The notes beneath the pieces are model-generated. The model was not told the DNA's origin and did no database searches. It saw only the letters and a list, made by a program, of their open reading frames with translations. Made by a program: the position numbers and the translations under genes. This document shows, piece after piece, positions 19,403-26,922 of a stretch of 64,000 bases of DNA (its first letter is position 1; each line of letters begins with the position of its first letter). This stretch comes from a virus, in IMG/VR virus record IMGVR_UViG_3300008469_000001, positions 23,922-87,921 of that record, one strand, 5' to 3'.

Positions 19403-20044
19403 TTAGTTATTTTTTAAAAAATCAATCAAAAGTACATATGCATATCCTATAGAATGCGGTTTTTTATATCTATATTTACCATCATCTCTACCCAATTCCT
19501 TAAATTGTTCATCAAAAACTGGTATACCATAAGTTTCTCTTAGAATTTTTTGAGCTTCTTCTGATTTCTTTTTCAATAGTTTATCAGTATGAATATAATT
19601 TTTCATCTTATCATAATTAGCTACGGAACCAGGTCTAATCAACGCTAAAATAATAGCAATGTCATTTACAGATGAAACTTTAAACTCTCTAAGAATACCA
19701 GGATACTTACTCAATTGATATGGTTCATCATATTCCCACAATGTTGACCATTGGATATTTTCATTTTCTATCAGGTGTATATATTGTATTAATTCATCTG
19801 AGGATATATCATCCAAATAACTATTATTAAGAATATCAATCTTTTGAAAATGATTTTTTTCCATTGATTTATAATCTATAACAGCTAAATCTTGATAAGC
19901 TGGAATTGATTTATAAAAATAAACGCCAGCTGGATGAGGTTGATAATCTCCTCTATCATTCAAAACAGAAGCCCTTAACAAACCATTTCTAATTTCATCT
20001 GAGTCCTTTGCAGGTATATCCAAATCTAAATCTGAAAATTTCAT
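19403..20044 (-). CDS. Miniature DNA polymerase III alpha (DnaE)-like nucleotidyltransferase
   Basis: 213 aa with DnaE motifs in order: SDLDLD, HPAGVY, KIDIL, ALIRPG, ILRETYGIPVFDEQ, YKKPHSIGYA; no PHP, OB or clamp-binding regions. Confidence 0.75.
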   Translation of the reverse strand: MKFSDLDLDIPAKDSDEIRNGLLRASVLNDRGDYQPHPAGVYFYKSIPAYQDLAVIDYKSMEKNHFQKIDILNNSYLDDISSDELIQYIHLIENENIQWSTLWEYDEPYQLSKYPGILREFKVSSVNDIAIILALIRPGSVANYDKMKNYIHTDKLLKKKSEEAQKILRETYGIPVFDEQFKELGRDDGKYRYKKPHSIGYAYVLLIDFLKNN

Positions 20045-20091
20045 ATTAACCTTTCCAACTAATGTTTATTATTATTTTACAATTTTAGTCA

Positions 20092-21939
20092 TCAATCTAA
20101 GTCCGGATTCACATCTAAAGTTGAAATCCCCCTAGATTTTGTAACTAAAATAACTTCTTTTGATTTTTCTTTTATCTCTTCTCTGTGAGAAATCATATAT
20201 ACTCTCATCTTTTCTTGTTTTGCAACATTTTTGATAAAGTAATATACAGATTCTAATAATGTACCATTGATACCACTATCCAAAACTTCATCCATAAACA
20301 GTGCATTAAATTCAACATTATTTTTTAGTTTAAACACTTTCATAAGTGCCAACATAATCATAATATTACCAATCCTTTTTTCACCATTTGAAAGAGTACC
20401 TGATGATACCTCTTTACCAAGCTTCATAATTCTTATTGTGAAATCTGGATTGAATTGTAAATGAATGTTAAAATCAGGAATCAATTTTTTAAAGTTTTTG
20501 AGTATTTCATTTGATTGTTTGATAAATTTTCTTAGAAATTTTCCTCTTATTTTTTGATCATCATTCTGTTTTATAAATGATTTAAACAACCTAACATTCT
20601 CTGAAACCCTATCAATCTCAGTCATATCTATGTTTCTAATTAACTTTGAATTAGCTTCTATTTCTGATAAGAAATGGTTGTCTTGACCTTCAATATTTGT
20701 TAATTCATTTTCTAGATTTTTAACAACAATATCAATATTATCAAGTTCTTTCTTATCAACTTTTGTTTCAACTTCTTCCATTGCTTCTTTTATTTCAGAT
20801 AATAATTCTCTTTTATCAGAAATGGAATGTTTAAGTTGTTTTTTACCTTTATCATGATCGGTAATACTTTTTTCATATATAAGAATTTGTTTTCCATAAT
20901 CAGATAATTTTTTATCACTTTCTGTTATAGCTGTTGCATCTTCCCAATCTTGATTACAAGTAGGACAAATATTACCCTTTAAACTAACATTCTTCTTTTC
21001 TTCTCTTTCATATTTCTCAGATAGAATTTCTATTTCTCTATCTTCTTTATCAATAATGGATTGTACATCTTTTAAATCACTTCTTAATTCAGTAATTGTT
21101 TCTGTCAATTTCAATTTATGTTCTTTCAACTCATCTAAAAATGAAAATTTATCAAGTTCTTCTGCAACATTAACTGTGGTGTAATATTCAATAGATTCAA
21201 CTAAACTATCGATTTGTTTTTTTCTTCTTCTCTCAAATTTTTCTGACGATTCATTTAATCTTTCTAACTGGTGGGTTATTTGTTCATTTGCATAATTAAT
21301 TTCTTTTATACTTGATTCTAATTCTGTTAATTTTATTGTATCATCTCTTACTCTATCTTTAACATCTGTAGCCATTTGATTAGCAGCTTCAAAACTAAAT
21401 ATGTTTTCAAGAACTTTCTTTTGATCACCCGGTCTCATATTCAAAAATGGTTTATTATGCTCACTTGCAACTGAGAATAAAGTAGTTTGTAGGAAGGTTT
21501 CATATTTCATTCCAACAATAGATTCAATAAGATTATTGTTATCTCTTATGTCTGCTTTTGAGATATTGTCCCAAGTATCTTCTACATTTTCAACTGTTTC
21601 AACTTTTTTATAAAGATTAAGAATGTTTGGTTTTCTTCCTCTTTCAACTTTAAAACTGTGTTTATCAATATCAAATTCTAAAGTAACTACACAGTCTTTT
21701 CCTTTTATATAATTAACAACCTCATTAGCTTTAACATTTGATACAGTTTCACCATATAGTGCAAAAGTTATACCAGCAAATATAGTTGATTTACCTGTTC
21801 CAATTTTAGCACCTTCAGTATCTTTATCAATTCCATCAATAAGTATTACTGTAGAACCAAACTCATTAAATTTCAGTTCTTGTTTACTTCCATAACTATA
21901 AAAGTTTTGCAATTCTAATTTTCTAAATTTAACTTTCAT
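20092..21939 (-). CDS. gp46: Recombination endonuclease ATPase subunit (T4 gp46 / SbcC / Rad50-like)
   Basis: LQNFYSYG, Walker A GTGKST, coiled coil with CPTC zinc hook, signature LSNGEK, Walker B LFMDEVLD, ISH. Confidence 0.93.
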   Translation of the reverse strand: MKVKFRKLELQNFYSYGSKQELKFNEFGSTVILIDGIDKDTEGAKIGTGKSTIFAGITFALYGETVSNVKANEVVNYIKGKDCVVTLEFDIDKHSFKVERGRKPNILNLYKKVETVENVEDTWDNISKADIRDNNNLIESIVGMKYETFLQTTLFSVASEHNKPFLNMRPGDQKKVLENIFSFEAANQMATDVKDRVRDDTIKLTELESSIKEINYANEQITHQLERLNESSEKFERRRKKQIDSLVESIEYYTTVNVAEELDKFSFLDELKEHKLKLTETITELRSDLKDVQSIIDKEDREIEILSEKYEREEKKNVSLKGNICPTCNQDWEDATAITESDKKLSDYGKQILIYEKSITDHDKGKKQLKHSISDKRELLSEIKEAMEEVETKVDKKELDNIDIVVKNLENELTNIEGQDNHFLSEIEANSKLIRNIDMTEIDRVSENVRLFKSFIKQNDDQKIRGKFLRKFIKQSNEILKNFKKLIPDFNIHLQFNPDFTIRIMKLGKEVSSGTLSNGEKRIGNIMIMLALMKVFKLKNNVEFNALFMDEVLDSGINGTLLESVYYFIKNVAKQEKMRVYMISHREEIKEKSKEVILVTKSRGISTLDVNPDLD

Positions 21940-22038
21940 TTAAACTCTCTTTTTACCTTTCAAAAATGTCTTTTCAACACCTTTTACATAATTATACATT
22001 AATCAACTTTTTTACCCTTATTAATAAAGGATTAAAAT

Positions 22039-23097
22039 CTACTCTTGGTAAGAGTTAGATAATTCCTTTAAAAATTTTATTGCTTCTTGGTCTTCATCAA
22101 CTTTTTCGGTTGTTACTAAATTATCAATAACATAATCTGTATATGATTGATTTTCTAATTTATTAGATGTTTCTTCATCATCTTCATCATCAAGATCATC
22201 TAAATCATCCCAAGGTGACATTTGATCATCAAGAACTAAATCATTTATTCCATATTCTAAAATCAATGATGTTTTAAATTCTTCCAATTCACTATATTTG
22301 TATTTCTTATCAATAACTAATTTAAGATTATCTCCTTGATTAAATACTGTAGTTAATTCATCTTCCATCTCTTTCAATACTGACATTTTGAATTTATACA
22401 TTCTAGGGTGTTGGTACTCAATAAATTCATCTTCACCATTTTCACAATCTAATATAGTCCATCCTCTCTCATCATCATCTTCACCATAAAAAAATCTACA
22501 CAAATTTCCAATATATGCTATTTTACCTCTTGATTGTCTTTTATGAAAATGTCCCATAAACACTTTATCATAATTTTTTGTAATTGCATTTGCATTAAGA
22601 CCTTCTTCAGCTTTAACAAATTGGTTTAGCATAAAACCTTGTATTTCAATGTGACCCATTAAAAAGTTTGCATGTGGGAATTCATGTCCTTTCATTATTT
22701 CATTTGGAAAATAAGGTAACATATAAAATGTATTATCATGAATTTCTAGTGTTTTAGGTTCATCTACCAAATGAATATTTGGATAACCAGCAAATATATG
22801 TAGGTTATGTCCATTTGAATCATATGTTTTTTTTGACATGTCATGATTACCAACCAATATATATACATTATCAAATGTATCATTAATTTTAATAAATGCT
22901 TGTGCTAGATAATTTAAGGTTGAAGTGGATATTGATTGTTTTACATCAAGTGTATCACCTAAATTGATCATTGTAGTTATACCATTTTGTTTCGCATGTT
23001 CACATTGTTCATAAATACCTTTAAGTATAATATGGTCAAATTTACCATTTGATTTACCAAAGTGCCAATCGGTACTAATTGTAATTTTCTTATTCAT
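22039..23097 (-). CDS. gp47: Recombination endonuclease nuclease subunit (T4 gp47 / SbcD / Mre11-like)
   Basis: Metallophosphoesterase motifs TDWHFG, LGDTLD, VGNHD, MGH, GHFH. Confidence 0.93.
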   Translation of the reverse strand: MNKKITISTDWHFGKSNGKFDHIILKGIYEQCEHAKQNGITTMINLGDTLDVKQSISTSTLNYLAQAFIKINDTFDNVYILVGNHDMSKKTYDSNGHNLHIFAGYPNIHLVDEPKTLEIHDNTFYMLPYFPNEIMKGHEFPHANFLMGHIEIQGFMLNQFVKAEEGLNANAITKNYDKVFMGHFHKRQSRGKIAYIGNLCRFFYGEDDDERGWTILDCENGEDEFIEYQHPRMYKFKMSVLKEMEDELTTVFNQGDNLKLVIDKKYKYSELEEFKTSLILEYGINDLVLDDQMSPWDDLDDLDDEDDEETSNKLENQSYTDYVIDNLVTTEKVDEDQEAIKFLKELSNSYQE

Positions 23098-23426
23098 TCA
23101 TAATTGCCTTTCATCAAGAATATATATTGATATATATTATACAAAATTTAATCAGTAATAATTTCATAGAAAATCATATACAATTTGACATTAATATAAT
23201 GGTGTAATTTTATCATAAATTCTTGTGTGAAAATCAAACATAATTATGACCTAAATTATAAGTGTATTTCAAATCAATTTTTTTAAAAAATAAATTCAAT
23301 GGCTATGCCAGAGGACGAAGTCCAAGGTACGAAGTACTATATCTATCTTTATATCATATTTAGGCACTTATAGCGGACAATTCACTAGGCAATAATAAGG
23401 GGGTTTATAGCGACACCCCAAAAAAA

Positions 23427-23998
23427 TCGTGTAAGCTTTGTGGAATTGTCGTGTAAACTTTGTGAAAGCATTTTTTCACCTTATTATTAAGGTCTTAAAA
23501 TGCGAAAAAAAAGGCATGTTTTAACTCAAAAAATTTTTCTGATGTTTTTAGGGTACTAAATAACTCAAAATTTGAAGTTGATTAATTTTAAGTTTTTTTT
23601 AAGGTGATGTTTTAACTCAAAATTTGAACTTGATGAATTTTCTAAAAACAGTAGTGTATATAGTAGTTCGAGCAGTCTTATCGTGTAAGTCTTGTGGAGT
23701 TAAATCGTGATTGTAACCAAAAGTTTCTCTATTTGTAAATAACTCAAAATTTGAACTTGATGAATTTTCAAAAATAACTCAAAATTTGAACTTGATGTAT
23801 GAGGGTTTTTTAACTCAAAAATAAAAGTTGAGTTATTTAGACCTATTTTTCTTATAAATAACTTAGAAATTAAAAAATCGTGTAAGTCTTGTGGAGTTTA
23901 AAATTTATTTAGTAAAGTCTTAAAACACCTTATTAATAAGGTATTAAATAAAATCACCATTTGATAAATGTTAAAAAATCGTGTAAGTCTTGTGGAGT
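23427..23998 (+). repeat. Iteron-like direct repeats, family A (TCGTGTAAGTCTTGTGGAGT)
   Basis: Identical 20-mers at 23681, 23878 and 23979; variants at 23427 and 23449 (22 bp apart); half-sites TCGTGATTGTA at 23705 and 24005. Confidence 0.8.
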
Positions 23999-24083
23999 TT
24001 AAAATCGTGATTGTATAATAGGGTATACACGATAATTTGATAAGATTTCCAATGTAAATAACTCAACTTTTATTTTTGAGTTA
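23522..24083. repeat. Quasi-palindromic repeats, family B (TAACTCAA-N9-TTGA..)
   Basis: TAACTCAAAATTTGAACTTGATG at 23613, 23740 and 23775; variants at 23522 and 23561; perfect-armed TAACTCAA-N9-TTGAGTTA at 23811 and, inverted, at 24059. Confidence 0.8.
23927..23942. repeat. 16-bp perfect palindrome ACCTTATTAATAAGGT (one-mismatch copy at 23478-23493)
   Basis: Read directly from the sequence; binding protein unknown. Confidence 0.65.
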
Positions 24084-24135
24084 TTTTCTAAATCTATAGA
24101 ATTATAAAAAAAACTTATAAAAAAGGTATTAAAAA

Positions 24136-25467
24136 ATGACAGTAAAAACAACAAAAAAATCACTCCAAAAATCGGCTGGTTTGAACCTAGAATTGAAGAA
24201 ACCATCTCAACTTTGTCAAGTACTATTTTATAAAGATTTCAACAAGGAAGAATATGCAAATCTTACACCATTACAAATTGATATTATCAATGTAACCTTT
24301 AGATTTGTTTCTGATATTATGGAAAAACAAGACTTAACTAGAGAAGAATTATTTGAATGGGCTAACTTAAATCACTTTGAAATAAATTTACAATCGATTT
24401 CTGATGTTCTTGGTAGATATAAGAATGGATATTATGAACCAATAGTACATAATTTACAGGAATTAACTAAAATTCAGGTTTTAACAAATACTCTACACAA
24501 GAATAAAACACAAGAATCAATTTTATTTCACTTTATTAGAAAGATAAGTTGGTTAAAAGACAAACAAACAACCAGTAAAAGAGTTAAAGTTTGGATTGAA
24601 CCAGAACTTTTATCAATGTTTTTAAATCTCAAAGACTATTACAGTAAAATGTATTTACCTATTCAATTAGGTCTTAAGTCCAAATATTCTAAACTATTAT
24701 ATGAAATTCTTAAAGATTATTCTAAATTAAAAGAGATAACTTTAGATTTTGATATGTTGAAAGCATTACTTAATGTTGATGTAAAAGAGAAACCTAGTTT
24801 AGATGCTTGGTCTAATTTTAATAGAGATGTATTAAAAAAAGCTGTTAAAGAAGTTTCTGAAAAATCAGATATTAAAATTGAGTATACTCCAATAAAAGAA
24901 AAATTAGATAAAAAAAGTGAAGTAACTAAAATTAAATTTACTATGAGGAAACAAAGATCTATATTAATTGATGAAGATGATATTGATGAAATGTCATTAG
25001 ATACACATATTGTTTCTGATGATGATGTTAGAACAAAAGAGTTATCAGCTGAAGATATTAAATATATTGAATTAGCACAACAAAGGTTAGATGATGCTAA
25101 AGTATTTGGAACTCAGATAAAAAATGAACAAGCTTATTTAGAAACCATAATTGAAAATCTTAAAAAAGAGAAAAAAGATATTCCAAATATGCTTCTTATA
25201 GATGATATTATCTTAGAATTAAGAGAAGCTTTTGAAGAATTTAAAAATAATAATAACCAACTTATTGTTTTAGAAAATATTGATTCGTATCCAGTTGTTT
25301 CTATTAGTAGTGAGTATTTACTATATTCACCAGTAGATAAATCTAATATTACGAAAAGTGTTGAAGAAACAATAAATAAGATAAATAAATTCAAAACAGA
25401 AGATGGGAAATTTAATATTATTGAGACTCCAGCAAAAATAAAGGAGCTTGATATTTCTTATCTTTAA
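24136..25467 (+). CDS. repB: Plasmid replication initiator protein, Rep_3 / RepB family
   Basis: LTPLQIDIIN, LKSKYSKLLYEILKDY, LKALLNV, FNRDVLKKAVKEVSEKSDIKIEY..KIKF are characteristic Rep_3 winged-helix motifs; iteron-like repeats upstream. Confidence 0.88.
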   Translation: MTVKTTKKSLQKSAGLNLELKKPSQLCQVLFYKDFNKEEYANLTPLQIDIINVTFRFVSDIMEKQDLTREELFEWANLNHFEINLQSISDVLGRYKNGYYEPIVHNLQELTKIQVLTNTLHKNKTQESILFHFIRKISWLKDKQTTSKRVKVWIEPELLSMFLNLKDYYSKMYLPIQLGLKSKYSKLLYEILKDYSKLKEITLDFDMLKALLNVDVKEKPSLDAWSNFNRDVLKKAVKEVSEKSDIKIEYTPIKEKLDKKSEVTKIKFTMRKQRSILIDEDDIDEMSLDTHIVSDDDVRTKELSAEDIKYIELAQQRLDDAKVFGTQIKNEQAYLETIIENLKKEKKDIPNMLLIDDIILELREAFEEFKNNNNQLIVLENIDSYPVVSISSEYLLYSPVDKSNITKSVEETINKINKFKTEDGKFNIIETPAKIKELDISYL

Positions 25468-25488
25468 TATATAATATGGAGCGCAGAT

Positions 25489-26460
25489 ATGGGAAACAAT
25501 ATGAATGAAACGCAGATTGTAACTGATATAGAACAGAATACAATCTTGAATATAGACCCAAGTATTATTAGTGAAAACAAAATGGCTATTAATCTATTTG
25601 GTGAAGATTTATCTGAGATGGCACCAGCTATTAATGAAAATTTCATTAGATTGATACAAAATTTTTATGGTGAATCTTCACCGCTTAATCCATTAATTGG
25701 TCAACAATGGTTAAATAAAGAAGATAATATTTTGTATAGATGGATTGGTAACAATTGGGTTCAAACAGAAAGAGATAACACATTTGATTCATTTATGTTT
25801 GTTATGTATAACATTGGTGATACTAGTGAATTTGTTTTAGATGAATTTGTATTTAACTTTACTATTGAAAATATCAAATTATATAATCAAGATATGAATG
25901 ATGTTAAATTTGTTATTGACCCATTTGATTCTAGAAAGATAATTTTAAAAGAATCAAATATAACTACATTATATATAATGGTATTTCATCCAGAAGATAG
26001 AATTACAAATCCTTTTAAAAACAGAAAAGTTGAAATTTTTACAGAATCCGGACAAACCCAATTCGATATTGAATCATTTTTATTAGGTTCAGATATTAAT
26101 ACTCTGAGTGTTTCATTAAATGATGTAATGTTAAAAAATAATGAATTTACTGTAACTAATAATATATTAAGTATAAATGGTATGATTTATAGAGTTAGGG
26201 AAAATGATAAATTAACAATTTGGAAACATGGTGGAAGTTTGTCTTCATATTATTCAACATTTACTACAACTGTTAATTCTAGAGAAAGTTATGTTAGAAT
26301 ACCAAAGTTTTTCAAAAATATTATGACTATGGAAATTTTAGATTTAGATACAAATACTATTATTAATCCTATTGAAGTTAATGAATTTGATGACTATTAT
26401 CACTTTGAGTTTTTAGATAAGAAAAATATTAAGATTAATTCTAAAATAAGAATTATATAA
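25489..26460 (+). CDS. Putative virion structural protein (baseplate / fibre-associated)
   Basis: INENFIRLIQNF..PLNPLIGQQWLN and SGQTQF..VSLNDV motifs typical of structural proteins of large myophages. Confidence 0.65.
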   Translation: MGNNMNETQIVTDIEQNTILNIDPSIISENKMAINLFGEDLSEMAPAINENFIRLIQNFYGESSPLNPLIGQQWLNKEDNILYRWIGNNWVQTERDNTFDSFMFVMYNIGDTSEFVLDEFVFNFTIENIKLYNQDMNDVKFVIDPFDSRKIILKESNITTLYIMVFHPEDRITNPFKNRKVEIFTESGQTQFDIESFLLGSDINTLSVSLNDVMLKNNEFTVTNNILSINGMIYRVRENDKLTIWKHGGSLSSYYSTFTTTVNSRESYVRIPKFFKNIMTMEILDLDTNTIINPIEVNEFDDYYHFEFLDKKNIKINSKIRII

Positions 26461-26471
26461 GGAGAGTTAAA

Positions 26472-26867
26472 ATGGTATATCCTTTTGTAGCTAATAAAGT
26501 TGAACAATTAGAATTAGACCCAATAAAAAAAGTAGATGGGTATATATGGTATAATACAGTTGAAAAAGTTTATAAAACATGGGTTGGAAATACAATTCAA
26601 ATTTTCATTACAGACTTTAGTTTTGGTCAAAATGTTGATGAGATGGTGCAGGATAAACTTGATACTAAACAATTTACTGTTGGATTTGATTCTGTATATA
26701 GTTTGATTATAAAACATAATAAAAATTCACATTTCTTTAATTACACTATTTTTGACACTATTGATAATGTTCAAATAAATTCATCAGTAGAAATTATTAA
26801 TGATAATGAAGTTAAAGTTGACTTTACAGATCCAGTAACTGGTCATATTTTTATGTATTTCCAATAA
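26472..26867 (+). CDS. Putative virion structural protein
   Basis: GYIWYNT plus a C-terminal IKHNKN..EIINDNEVKVDF..VTG domain, similar to the fibre N-terminus and the C-terminus of the next ORF. Confidence 0.6.
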   Translation: MVYPFVANKVEQLELDPIKKVDGYIWYNTVEKVYKTWVGNTIQIFITDFSFGQNVDEMVQDKLDTKQFTVGFDSVYSLIIKHNKNSHFFNYTIFDTIDNVQINSSVEIINDNEVKVDFTDPVTGHIFMYFQ

Positions 26868-26922
26868 TAATAATAAATTGAATAAATAAATAAAAATATA
26901 ATCTAGGGGAAAGGATATTAAC

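Larger units (their letters stand above)
23098..24135. promoter_or_regulatory. Putative plasmid-type replication origin / rep control region
   Basis: Largest non-coding gap in the window (~1 kb), directly upstream of a Rep_3 gene, with three repeat families and an AT-rich left part. Confidence 0.75.

Noticed and set aside
19403-20044. dnaE pseudogene or intein/intron-split dnaE
   Set aside because: Motifs from distant parts of DnaE are joined in one clean ORF with start signals; no flanking remnants or intein motifs were seen.
23427-23998. DnaA boxes within family A repeats (TGTGGA core)
   Set aside because: Only partial matches to TTATCCACA; cannot be supported separately from the iteron itself.
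23427-24083. Repeat cluster as a CRISPR array
   Set aside because: Two interleaved repeat families, irregular spacing (about 22 to 250 bp), one inverted copy, no cas genes, and position directly upstream of a Rep gene fit an origin or operator region better.
23999-24205. 68-aa antisense ORF over the rep start
   Set aside because: Low-complexity translation across the repeat and promoter region with no RBS; probably spurious.
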